From the IMG/VR virus record IMGVR_UViG_3300044692_000050, positions 1 through 64,000 of that record: a stretch of DNA of 64,000 bases. One strand, 5' to 3'. Source of the stretch: a virus. Shown here piece by piece: positions 45,611 to 54,268 of this stretch (position 1 is the first letter of the stretch; every line of letters starts with the position of its first letter). The notes under the pieces were generated by a model, which saw only the letters and a list, made by a program, of their open reading frames with translations, did not search any database and was not told the origin of the DNA. Position numbers and translations under genes: made by a program.

Positions 45611-45733
45611 TGTCGCGGGACCGCAACAGCCCTGCTACCTGCAGAAATGCTGATCTGCGCGACGGTGCGCAACGCCCCTCCGCACAGACGGGCCGCCCTG
45701 ACCTGCGTTGTCGCGGAGCCTGGCGCCGCAACA
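45611..45733. repeat. clt-like 8-bp repeat cluster directly downstream of traB
   Basis: (C/G)CGC(A/G)AC(A/G) at 45621, 45657, 45667, 45726 and inverted TGTCGCGG at 45611 and 45709. Confidence 0.65.
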
Positions 45734-45773
45734 CGGAAGCCCCTCCCGGCCGCCTACATGGGGGTCTCGACCG

Positions 45774-46181
45774 ATGGCGCTGATGCCGCGGCTACACATC
45801 ACCTGCTCCCGGTGCGGCAAGCCCCGCGAAGGCATCGTCCACGTCTGCCGGTCGAACTCCAAGCGCAAGGCCACCGTCAAGCCGGTCATCTCGTTCGGCA
45901 AGTGCTCGTGCGGGAAGCCGATCGGGAACCCGCTGACTCACGTCTGCCGCAAGAAGTCCGACTTCAAGCGCCGCAAGTCCAAGGCCGAGAAGGCTGCCAG
46001 GGCCGCGGCACGCAAGAAGCGGCAGGCCGAGAAGCACGACTACCAGGCCTGCGCGGACAAGGACTGCAAGAAGTCGCTGTGCGTGGCCTACAAGACGGGC
46101 CGCAAAGACGGCTACGACGAGGGGTTCGAGGAAGGCTACGGGGCTGGGTTCGCCGCGGGCTCGGCGTCCGGTGCCGCGTGA
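45774..46181 (+). CDS. Basic multi-Zn-finger protein
   Basis: CSRCGK..HVC; CSCGK..HVC; H...C...C...C. Confidence 0.7.
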   Translation: MALMPRLHITCSRCGKPREGIVHVCRSNSKRKATVKPVISFGKCSCGKPIGNPLTHVCRKKSDFKRRKSKAEKAARAAARKKRQAEKHDYQACADKDCKKSLCVAYKTGRKDGYDEGFEEGYGAGFAAGSASGAA

Positions 46182-46191
46182 GGAGGCTGCC

Positions 46192-46437
46192 GTGCTGAAC
46201 CTGATCTTGTTCCTGCTCGCCGTCGTCGTCGTTTACGGCCTGTTCGTGCTGGTCAAGGCGGACAGGCAGTGCGGAACGTGCGGCGGCTGGGGCAACCGGA
46301 AGAAGCGCCGCCGCAACAAAGCCTGCTCCCGGTGCCACGGCACGGGACGCACGTTCTGGCCTGGCGCTCGGCTCGTCCACAAGGGCGCGGCGCTCGGATT
46401 GCGGCAGTTGCGCGAGCGATCGGAGCGTGAGTCATGA
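46192..46437 (+). CDS. Membrane-anchored DnaJ-type Zn-finger small protein
   Basis: TM plus CGTCGGWG...CSRCHGTG; typical neighbour of AICE traB. Confidence 0.7.
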   Translation: MLNLILFLLAVVVVYGLFVLVKADRQCGTCGGWGNRKKRRRNKACSRCHGTGRTFWPGARLVHKGAALGLRQLRERSERES

Positions 46438-46973
46438 CACGCGGAACGTGGCAGGGGTCAGGGACCTGGCAGACCAGCAGCCTGAGCCTCGGCGACCTGG
46501 TGAAACCGGCCGCCCTGCTGGCCGTCGCCCTTGCCGTCATGGCCCTGGTTGCGCAGGTCATCGTCTGGCTGGCTGTCATCCTCGGCGCCTTTCTCGCAGC
46601 AGGTACCGCCGCCGTGGTCGTCGTGTGGCGCCTGACTCGCCGCCGCGAGGCCCGTCACGCCGCCGAGCGTCCGTTCCTGGTCGCCCGCCCGGCTCCCGAC
46701 GCCCTGACCACGACGGCGATCCCGCAGGTCACGGCGCCTGCAGTGCAGGTTGTCGAGCACCATCACTACGTACACCAGGTCATCACTGCCCCGGACCCGG
46801 CATTCGCCGTCGTCCGGGCCGCGATCACCGGATCAGCAGCGGAGGGAGGTGAGCAACATGGGCAAGGACGACGCGAACAACAACGACCAGGCACTGAGCG
46901 ACAAAGAACGCGCAGGGCTGGACGTCGTGCTGACTGCCGGACGGTATTTCGGCAGCAAGGACAACCCGAATAA
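46434..46973 (+). CDS. Membrane protein
   Basis: Two TM helices; ATGA-coupled. Confidence 0.55.
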   Translation: MTRGTWQGSGTWQTSSLSLGDLVKPAALLAVALAVMALVAQVIVWLAVILGAFLAAGTAAVVVVWRLTRRREARHAAERPFLVARPAPDALTTTAIPQVTAPAVQVVEHHHYVHQVITAPDPAFAVVRAAITGSAAEGGEQHGQGRREQQRPGTERQRTRRAGRRADCRTVFRQQGQPE

Positions 46974-47134
46974 CCAGGCGAAAGGCAAGTAGCCGGGGCG
47001 GCCTGCCCGCCGTCCGGGCCAGCCTCGCCCCGGCCTGACCCCACCAGTCCCGCCGGCCGCACACGCCACCGCTGTGCGGCCGGCGGGATCACGACACCGC
47101 AAACCTGCCGACACGACGACGACCAGGGGACACG

Positions 47135-48238
47135 ATGAAGGTCATGGGAAAGCACTCGACGCCGCTCGACGGCGTGACGCTGGCGAACGGCCACGCGCTG
47201 GCACCGTTCACCATCCCGGCACCGCTTCAGGTCACCCCGCGCGGCCCGGCAGCCACCTGGCCGCAAGCTGTCGACGACGACGCGCCAGGTCACTTGCAGC
47301 GGTGGCGCGAAGCCGTGACTTCGCACCGCGGCTGGCTCGCCGCCGTCCCGATCATCCTCGTCAACTCCGTCGCGTTCTGCGGCCAGCTGGCATTCCTGCG
47401 CGGTCACCTGCCGTGGATCCTGCCCGGCCAGGTGCTCGTCGCGGCCACCCTGGAGTCAGTCGCGGTCTACCTGGCATGGCAAGCGCACCTCGCTCTCGCC
47501 GCCGATGACTCGGCGCTGCGGCTGCGACTGGCTGCTTACTCGTTCGCCGCGGTCATCGGCGTCATGAACTATTCGCATTACATGGCGCCGCACTGGCGGC
47601 CGACGTTCGCCGCGGTCACCTTCGGCCTGATGTCGCTGTCGTCGCCGTGGCTATGGTCGGTGCACTCCCGCCGCGCCAGCCGTGACGCGCTGAAGGCAGC
47701 CGGGCTGATCGAGGCGCACGCCGTCCGGCTCGGCATGAACCGCTGGATGTGGCACCCGGTCAGGTCGTGGCGGGTCATGTTCCGCGCCACCTGGGAAGGC
47801 GAGACCGATCCGGCCCGCGCCATCGCCCTGATCGCGCCGCAAGTCGGCGACCTGGACCGGTTCCAGGTCGCCCCGGAAACCACGCCCGCCGCCGACCCGG
47901 AAGTCACCGCTGAGCAGGCCGTCCAGGTCACCCCGGGGCCGCCCTCGGGTGCCGACCTGGAGCCCGCGCCGGCGGCGGTTCCAAGTCAGCCGCCCCGCCG
48001 CCCTGGAGCCGCCGCCAAAGCCGGCCGCAAGTCGGCGCCGCGATCCGGCAAGCCGGCCGCCCCGGCGCGCATTTCTGACGCCGACCTGCTCGGCCAGATC
48101 CGCGGCGTGCTCGCTGACAAGCCGGACGCCAACATCACCGACGTGGCGAAGGAGCTAGGCCGCGGCCGGGACCGGATCCGGCCGCTGCTCGAGCAGGCTC
48201 GCGCCGCCGCACCCGAGGGACAGGACCCCCGGCCGTGA
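47135..48238 (+). CDS. DUF2637/SpdA-like membrane protein with C-terminal HTH
   Basis: Four TMs (A..LESVA.YL...NYSH...SPWLW), Pro-rich linker, ITDVAKELGRGRDRIR. Confidence 0.75.
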   Translation: MKVMGKHSTPLDGVTLANGHALAPFTIPAPLQVTPRGPAATWPQAVDDDAPGHLQRWREAVTSHRGWLAAVPIILVNSVAFCGQLAFLRGHLPWILPGQVLVAATLESVAVYLAWQAHLALAADDSALRLRLAAYSFAAVIGVMNYSHYMAPHWRPTFAAVTFGLMSLSSPWLWSVHSRRASRDALKAAGLIEAHAVRLGMNRWMWHPVRSWRVMFRATWEGETDPARAIALIAPQVGDLDRFQVAPETTPAADPEVTAEQAVQVTPGPPSGADLEPAPAAVPSQPPRRPGAAAKAGRKSAPRSGKPAAPARISDADLLGQIRGVLADKPDANITDVAKELGRGRDRIRPLLEQARAAAPEGQDPRP

Positions 48239-48522
48239 CCGAACCCCACCCTCCCCACACCGCCGCCGCGATCGACGCCATCGAAGCGGCCATCGACACG
48301 GAGACAGACCTCGGCGGCTGGCTGTCCGCCGTCCTGGTCTACGCCGCTGCCCGCAAAGGCACCCTGGACGCCCTCACCGCCGGCCGTCCCGGCTCGTGGG
48401 AAGCGGCCCATGTCGACCGCCTCGCCCGCGGCCTGGCCTTCGACGACGACGGGCTGCAGTGGTACCGCGAGGACGACCGGGCGCGGCGTGAGGCCGGGAA
48501 GGCGGCACGCAATGACGGCTGA
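48235..48522 (+). CDS. Hypothetical protein
   Basis: L.AGRPGSWEA motif; GTGA-coupled. Confidence 0.6.
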   Translation: MTEPHPPHTAAAIDAIEAAIDTETDLGGWLSAVLVYAAARKGTLDALTAGRPGSWEAAHVDRLARGLAFDDDGLQWYREDDRARREAGKAARNDG

Positions 48523-48890
48523 GCATGCCCGATGTGCTCGCACGACTGGTGATCCACTAGACTGATACCCAGCGTTCCGGTCCGTGACCAGCAGAAACGC
48601 TCCGTCCTTTGCTGATCTCCGACCCTGAATGGTGCCCTCCTCGTGTCCGCCTGGCTCCCGTGGCTCGTCGCTGCCGCGATCCTCCTCGTCGTGCCCGTCG
48701 TCCTAGGCCTGTTCGTCACCGACGAGCCCGACAATGCGATACGCCACGAGTCCAGCGATGACCACCAGGAGGACGCAAGAGACCCGGCGCCCGGCCTCCG
48801 ACTCGCCGCGTGAGCGCACCATTACCCTCACCCGCCCCTGTGTGCGCATACTGTGCGTAACACCGCAGTACACGCGAGGGGGAACGCCCG

Positions 48891-49649
48891 TTGAGCAGCG
48901 ACAACGTGCCCGTGGCCACTGAGGCATCATGCCCCGGCAGTTGCAACGACCCGTACCGCAAGGCCGTAGCCGCCTACAAGCAGGCACTCGCCGACTACGA
49001 TCCCCTTGACCCCGAGCAGTCCCGGCCCGAACCCCCCGAGATCCGGCCGTGGCCCGGCAACCCGTGGTGCGGACGGTGCAGGTCCCGGATCCGCGAGCAG
49101 CTCGCCGAGCTCGACGACCTCGCTGCCCTCCTAGGGGCCGCTGCCGACGGCCACCGCGCCTCACCAGGCGGCGAGCGGGTCTCCGGGTCCGCCGAGCCGC
49201 CATCCCCGTCCCGCGCCGGCGATGACCTCGATGAGCTCACGGTCATGCTCTCCGGCTGGGAAGGCGCCTACCGGGACCTGCGGGAGTGGCCGGCGCTCAC
49301 CCGCCGCGGGAACCTAGCCTCGGTCCTCACCACGTGCGTCGCGTGGCTGACCCTCCACCTGGACGAGATCTTGCTGGCCCCATTCGCGGCCGATTTCGGC
49401 ACCGAGGTGATGCAGTGGCATCGCGAGCTCACCGCTAAGTCCAAGGCCGGGGCGCGGACGCTGCGCAAGCCGCTGCGCTGCCCTCGCTGCCGCCTGCTGC
49501 TGCTGACGTGGACCGAAGGCGACGCTGACGTCCGGTGCGGCAACCCGTCGTGCCACGCGGTGATCCCGCTCGCGGAGTACGAGAACGAGACCGAGCGGGT
49601 CGCCGCCGCCCTGGAACGCGGCGAGGCCGACGCGACCGAGGCGGCCTGA
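48891..49649 (+). CDS. Zn-finger late-gene regulator candidate
   Basis: CPGSCN...CGRC...CPRC...C...C; located at early/late boundary. Confidence 0.65.
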   Translation: MSSDNVPVATEASCPGSCNDPYRKAVAAYKQALADYDPLDPEQSRPEPPEIRPWPGNPWCGRCRSRIREQLAELDDLAALLGAAADGHRASPGGERVSGSAEPPSPSRAGDDLDELTVMLSGWEGAYRDLREWPALTRRGNLASVLTTCVAWLTLHLDEILLAPFAADFGTEVMQWHRELTAKSKAGARTLRKPLRCPRCRLLLLTWTEGDADVRCGNPSCHAVIPLAEYENETERVAAALERGEADATEAA

Positions 49650-49732
49650 CCTGCCAGGACGCCGCGCCGGGTGTTTGACAAACCGGCATGCCCACCTGTG
49701 TACTATCTCTAACGGATCACTGTGCCCTTATG

Positions 49733-49758
49733 CCCCTGGTGTCTCACCAGGGGTTTTT
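49733..49758 (+). terminator. Intrinsic terminator
   Basis: CCCCTGGTG-TCT-CACCAGGGG-TTTTT. Confidence 0.85.
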
Positions 49759-49778
49759 CGCGTATCTAGGGGGTCCGT

Positions 49779-50030
49779 GTGGCTGGCGACCTTGACGTGA
49801 ACGCCCTGCTGTCCGGTGCCGACGCGGCCCGGTATGCAGGGGTGAGCGTACGCGTGATCGTGAACTGGCGGAACCGCGGCCACCTCCCCGTCGCTACCGA
49901 CGAGCGCGGCAACGAGATCCGCGACAGCCGGGGCCGGCCGAAGTACCGGCTCCTCGACGTGGCCAAGGCCGAGAACGCGACACGGCAGCGGGCCGAGCAG
50001 ATGGCCAGCCAGTTGCGCCGCGCCGCCTGA
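49779..50030 (+). CDS. MerR-like HTH protein
   Basis: DAARYAGVSVRVIVNWRNRGHL...GRPKYRLLDV. Confidence 0.8.
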   Translation: MAGDLDVNALLSGADAARYAGVSVRVIVNWRNRGHLPVATDERGNEIRDSRGRPKYRLLDVAKAENATRQRAEQMASQLRRAA

Positions 50031-50069
50031 CGGCCCGGCAATACCGCTCTGACCTGGTATTATGGGGGC

Positions 50070-50273
50070 ATGGCCATGCAGGAGTTCCGCGACGGGCACT
50101 GGCAGGCCTCGATCCCGCTGCCGTTCTACGGGCTGTTCCACGTCCGCTGCGACTGCGGGCGCAAGTTCTGGGGCCTCAATGACCGGCGCACAGGAGCGCG
50201 TTACCGCGAGCACTACGAACGGGCACACGTCCGGCTCAAGGCGTTCCTGGGTACCGGCCGGCCATCAGCGTGA
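50070..50273 (+). CDS. Small Zn-finger protein (leaderless)
   Basis: CDCG...HY..H; TATTAT-N6-ATG. Confidence 0.6.
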   Translation: MAMQEFRDGHWQASIPLPFYGLFHVRCDCGRKFWGLNDRRTGARYREHYERAHVRLKAFLGTGRPSA

Positions 50274-50291
50274 CCAGTTCCGGGGGGAACC

Positions 50292-50489
50292 ATGACCATC
50301 ACCACCGGCCAGGCCCTCCCGGGTGACGTCATCCTTGACGGCGACGGCACCTGCTGGCAGCGGGGAGACGAGTTCTACAACTGGGCCACGTTCTCCGGCC
50401 CCGTGCTCCACTTCGGCCCGTGGGAAGCCTCGTACGGTCCTCAGGGTGAGCTGACCCTCCTGGTGAGGGAGGGGAAGCCGGTCCGCTAG
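50292..50489 (+). CDS. Hypothetical protein
   Basis: PGDVILD.DG..WQ. Confidence 0.6.
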   Translation: MTITTGQALPGDVILDGDGTCWQRGDEFYNWATFSGPVLHFGPWEASYGPQGELTLLVREGKPVR

Positions 50490-50492
50490 GCG

Positions 50493-50765
50493 TCAGTCGT
50501 CACATTCCCCGATCCACAGGTCCACGATCTCGTGCTCGTTGATGGCCGCGATCAGCTCACGTGCGCCCTCGGCTACTTCACCGCTGCTGCCGTCCGCCAG
50601 CCCTTCCAGGTACGGGATGTGCGCCTTCGTGACGAGCATCTCTCCGCGCAGCGTCCCGTCGTGATCGAAATACCTGCGCGCCAGCGGGTACTTCAGCGCC
50701 ACCGGCAGATCGCGTGCAGGCGGGACCTCTTTCGGGACCGGCCGCCAGTACAGCCCGAAGCTCAT
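50493..50765 (-). CDS. Hypothetical protein
   Basis: GGAGGGG RBS. Confidence 0.6.
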   Translation of the reverse strand: MSFGLYWRPVPKEVPPARDLPVALKYPLARRYFDHDGTLRGEMLVTKAHIPYLEGLADGSSGEVAEGARELIAAINEHEIVDLWIGECDD

Positions 50766-50835
50766 TTCGTTCCCCTCCTGCGGCGCAACGCCGCCATGAT
50801 GTCCGACGCGCTCTCAGGCTCACGCTGCGCGGATG

Positions 50836-51000
50836 TCACGCGGGCGTGCACCAGCTGTCCCAGGAACCGCCATCGGGCGGCGGGTCAGCCATGGGCGCTG
50901 GCTTGTCGACAACCTCTCCCGCTCCCTCGCATACCGGGCACGGGTTGCGGTTGACGCTGGAGTCGGTGCCGCTTCCATAGCAGCGCGGGCAGATCTTCAT
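50836..51000 (-). CDS. DnaJ-type Zn-finger small protein
   Basis: CPRCYGSG...CPVCEGAG. Confidence 0.5.
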   Translation of the reverse strand: MKICPRCYGSGTDSSVNRNPCPVCEGAGEVVDKPAPMADPPPDGGSWDSWCTPA

Positions 51001-51290
51001 TGCTGGCCTTCTTTCTGCAGCTTGCAGATCCCGCACTTGCACGTGAGAGCATGACGGGTCCTGCGGGGTTCGTCCTCAACGACGGGAAGGGCCGGGACCG
51101 GGTGCTTGGCACCGGAGCGCTTAGCGCGTAGCAGCCGCAGCCCTTCGGTGAGAAGCGCGCTCTTGACGCCGCGCCCGCCGCCGAGCCGCTCCACTTCGGC
51201 TTCCAGCCATGCCACGTCCTCGGCTGGCGCGTTCCAGCCGAGGAACGGGTTGTTATGGACCCCGTGGCGGCTGCCGGTCCTGCCAGCCAT
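50997..51290 (-). CDS. Ribbon-helix-helix-like regulator with C-terminal Zn knuckle
   Basis: H..P.LGW..PAE...WL...KSALLTEGL; H..TCKCGIC. Confidence 0.6.
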   Translation of the reverse strand: MAGRTGSRHGVHNNPFLGWNAPAEDVAWLEAEVERLGGGRGVKSALLTEGLRLLRAKRSGAKHPVPALPVVEDEPRRTRHALTCKCGICKLQKEGQQ

Positions 51291-51827
51291 CTAGTGGCCG
51301 CCCTCGATGATCCGCCTGACGGTCGCTTCACGCTGGGCCGCAGCCTTCCGGGCAGTCTCGGGATGCGCGGCGTCGAATGCCGCCAGCGCCTCGGCTGCCT
51401 CGATGATCCGCTGCTGGTCCTCGTCGGCCTCCGGCCCGCCGAATGGGTTGGCGTAGTCCTTGTCGAACCGCTCAGCGGCGTTGATGCCGGAGCCCTGCTC
51501 GGCGTAGTCCAGGGCGGTGACGAGCCGCTCGCGCTCGCCGTCAAGGTCGGGCGGGATGGCGGCTGAGACCTCGCGGTAGACCTGCTCGATCTGCGCGGCC
51601 TCATCGGCAGTGAGAAGCATCGGGCCGATGGCCGCGACATATTCGGGGCCGGCCTTGGCGAGGGCGGCCTTCGGGGCGGCGTGGTGCGCGCCGAGGTGCC
51701 GGGTGATCTCCTTGCCCTCGATGTACAGCGTGGTCGACGGCTGGTGCAGGTGATCGACCGGCTTGATGGTGACGACGGCAGTGCGCCCGTCGCGGAGTGT
51801 CTTGGTAAGGGCCGTCCGCTGGGTCAT
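51291..51827 (-). CDS. Hypothetical protein
   Basis: GAAGGGAAG RBS; first gene of antisense cassette. Confidence 0.65.
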   Translation of the reverse strand: MTQRTALTKTLRDGRTAVVTIKPVDHLHQPSTTLYIEGKEITRHLGAHHAAPKAALAKAGPEYVAAIGPMLLTADEAAQIEQVYREVSAAIPPDLDGERERLVTALDYAEQGSGINAAERFDKDYANPFGGPEADEDQQRIIEAAEALAAFDAAHPETARKAAAQREATVRRIIEGGH

Positions 51828-51844
51828 CTCGCTTCCCTTCCTTC

Positions 51845-51886
51845 GGTGCTAAGCACCACTCTACCCATGATGCAAAGCACCGTCAA
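51845..51886 (-). promoter_or_regulatory. Sigma70-type promoter with palindromic operator
   Basis: TTGACG-N17-TAGAGT; GGTGCT-A-AGCACC at 51845-51857. Confidence 0.75.
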
Positions 51887-51993
51887 GTGCCAGGTCGGCC
51901 CCGATCCCCGCGCCGGGCAGGGCCTCACCGCCGCCGCGCCCGGCGCGGGCCACCTACCCGGGACGCGCTCCGCGCAACCACGAGAGAAGGTCT

Positions 51994-52188
51994 GTGAGAC
52001 TCCGCCAGTCGCTCACCACCCGCCAGGGCCGCAAAGTCCCCCGCATGCTGTACCAGCAGCAAGGACCCGAACCGGCCGACGACGATCCGATCATCGGACT
52101 CGTGGACACACCGGAGTTGGCCGCGCTGATCGTCGCCGCCGTCAACGCCTACGAGGCCCGCGCGCAAGACGGCCCTCCAGGCACCTGA
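51994..52188 (+). CDS. Hypothetical protein
   Basis: GRKV...Y...D..IG..DT.ELA..IV.AVN. Confidence 0.55.
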   Translation: MRLRQSLTTRQGRKVPRMLYQQQGPEPADDDPIIGLVDTPELAALIVAAVNAYEARAQDGPPGT

Positions 52189-52200
52189 GCAGGTGATCCG

Positions 52201-52521
52201 GTGAGCGGATGGACAGGATCCACGAGGCGCCAGCGGCTCCCCGCCAACTGGCAGGCACTCCGCCGCCAGATCCTCGAGCGCGACGGCTGGCAGTGCACCG
52301 AGATCCTCCCGTCCGGCGCCCGCTGCCCCGCCGCCGCAACTGACGTGGACCACGACCGGGCCATGACGGATGACCACTCACCCGAGCGGCTGTCGTCCAA
52401 GTGCCGCCGTCACCACGCCATCAAGAGCGCCGCCGAGGGCGGCCGTGCGTCGGGCGCGCGAGCCAAGGCCCGCGCCGCAGCCAGGTACCGGCCCGCTGAA
52501 CGGCATCCCGGTTTGCTCTGA
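52201..52521 (+). CDS. Packaging-associated HNH endonuclease
   Basis: W.GSTRR.RLP.NW...R..ILERDG.QC...C...ATDVDH...DDHS...C..HH..KS..EG. Confidence 0.88.
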   Translation: MSGWTGSTRRQRLPANWQALRRQILERDGWQCTEILPSGARCPAAATDVDHDRAMTDDHSPERLSSKCRRHHAIKSAAEGGRASGARAKARAAARYRPAERHPGLL

Positions 52522-52531
52522 AGGAGGGCTG

Positions 52532-52816
52532 ATGGCCAGCCGCAAGAACGAGCCCGAGCAGGAAAGCCCCGAGGAAACGCCCGCTCCCGAACCGCAGCCC
52601 GAACCCGAGACCGCTGAGCCCGAGACCGGCTTCCCCTGCCCCTGCGGCTCCCGCCACGAGCTCGACCCGGACATCGCCCGCCTGGCCTCCGCTGACCCGA
52701 TCACCATCGTCCACGCCGCTGAGGGCACATGGCGCATCCCCCGCGTCTTCCTCGCCGCCCACGACGCCAGCCAGCTCGCGGAGGCCGCCGCCCAGTACGG
52801 ATTCGAGGAGGCCTAG
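52532..52816 (+). CDS. Hypothetical protein
   Basis: AAGGAGG RBS; CPCG..H. Confidence 0.6.
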   Translation: MASRKNEPEQESPEETPAPEPQPEPETAEPETGFPCPCGSRHELDPDIARLASADPITIVHAAEGTWRIPRVFLAAHDASQLAEAAAQYGFEEA

Positions 52817-53025
52817 ATGCCGACCCCGCCTTCGCTGTTCCAGCGGATCTGCTTCCTCGTCGCGTTCCTCCTGTTCGCCGTCGCCGCTATCCAGTCCGCA
52901 GCCGCGAATATCCCCGTGACGCCGTGGCTCATCCCCGGCGGTCTCGCCGCGGTAGCTCTCGGCCTGTTCCTGCCCTGGTAGCGCGCCAACCCGGCAATAG
53001 GCCGCTGACCTGGTAATATAGGGTC

Positions 53026-53187
53026 ATGGCAGACGAACCGCAGGACCCGATGACCTCGCTGGCCGAAGGCGCGGCGCAAGTGCACGAGCTGTTCACTGCC
53101 TACCAGGAATCCGGCTTCTCGCGACCCGAGGCGCTCCAGATCGTGATCGGCATCATCACCGCCTACATCGGCAAGGGCGGTCAGTGA
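53026..53187 (+). CDS. Small helical protein (leaderless)
   Basis: MADEPQDPMTSLAEGAAQVHELFTAYQESGFSRPEALQIV; TAATAT-N6-ATG. Confidence 0.6.
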   Translation: MADEPQDPMTSLAEGAAQVHELFTAYQESGFSRPEALQIVIGIITAYIGKGGQ

Positions 53188-53384
53188 GCCCGCGTGTCAC
53201 CTGGAGACTCTGGCGGCTGATCCGCTACCACTACCCGTACACGACGGCCGCCGTCCTGCTCGTGGCAGCCTCGGTGACGATGCTGTTCTTTACGCCGACC
53301 CGCAAAGCCGGCCTCATCCTGCTGACTGTCCTCGCCGTCAGCGCCCTGTCTACCGCGCAGAAGCGGTACAGCAACCGCGCTTAA
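53184..53384 (+). CDS. Small 2-TM membrane protein
   Basis: Two hydrophobic segments. Confidence 0.5.
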   Translation: MSPRVTWRLWRLIRYHYPYTTAAVLLVAASVTMLFFTPTRKAGLILLTVLAVSALSTAQKRYSNRA

Positions 53385-53431
53385 CCCCGGCCCACTCCGC
53401 GGCCCGTGCCGCACCCGACACAGGAGGCACC

Positions 53432-53776
53432 ATGGCCCGCACCCCGCTCACGTCCCACAACCTGGCCGACGGCTCCGCTCCGGGCGCCGTCCTCGCCGAC
53501 CCTGCCGGCGACCCGGCCGATGCGGTCAACGGCAACAGCTACCCCAACACCGGCCTCACCGGCCTCCGGGTGAAGAACACCGACACCAACCCCCACACGA
53601 TCACCCTGATCACGCCCGGCGCGGTCGACGGCACCCTCGCCATCGCGGACGACCCGCGCACCATCCCGGCGTCGAGCACCAAGTGGATCGGCCGCCTCCC
53701 CGTCGCCGTGTACGGAGCGACCGTCCAGTTCACCGCGGACAGCGCCCTGCTCAACGTGACCGTCCTCGAGCCCTGA
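53432..53776 (+). CDS. Conserved actinophage beta-rich protein (possible virion accessory)
   Basis: AGGAGG RBS; AD.VNGNS..N.G...L.VKN...T.T..TPG.VDG. Confidence 0.65.
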   Translation: MARTPLTSHNLADGSAPGAVLADPAGDPADAVNGNSYPNTGLTGLRVKNTDTNPHTITLITPGAVDGTLAIADDPRTIPASSTKWIGRLPVAVYGATVQFTADSALLNVTVLEP

Positions 53777-53794
53777 CCGCGTTACCGTTCAAAC

Positions 53795-54100
53795 GTGGGC
53801 GCACTCGTCATCGACATCAGCCGCACCGTCCAGCCATCCGGCGAGGTCCGCGTCATGGCCGGCGACTTCACTGTCGGCAACCTTAACGGCGACTGCGACA
53901 TCAAGCTCGACGACGAGTACGTCTCCAACCGCCACGCCCGCTTCTACCAGCAAGCCGGCGCGTGGCTGGCGGAAGACCTCGGCTCCACGAACGGGGTCTT
54001 CACGGTGCCCGGCATCCAGCGCGAATGGTCACCGATCCCGCTGCGGCAAGGCAGCAAGATACGGGTCGGCCATACGATCCTGACGGTCGTGCCAACGTGA
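53795..54100 (+). CDS. Stand-alone FHA domain protein
   Basis: CDI.LDDEYVSNRHAR...EDLGSTNG...L..G..I.VG.T. Confidence 0.88.
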   Translation: MGALVIDISRTVQPSGEVRVMAGDFTVGNLNGDCDIKLDDEYVSNRHARFYQQAGAWLAEDLGSTNGVFTVPGIQREWSPIPLRQGSKIRVGHTILTVVPT

Positions 54101-54268
54101 CCGTCTTCAAGCCCTAGAGGCCCGTGATCTCCACGCACTGAACGCCGCGGAACTCCGTCAGCCGGTCCTCGATCCCGTCGACTACGGCCCAGTCTGCTGT
54201 TGAGAACACGTCCAGGCCCTGCCACTCTTCAGGCAGCGCCGCCAGTGCGGCAGCCAGCTCGCGAACTG

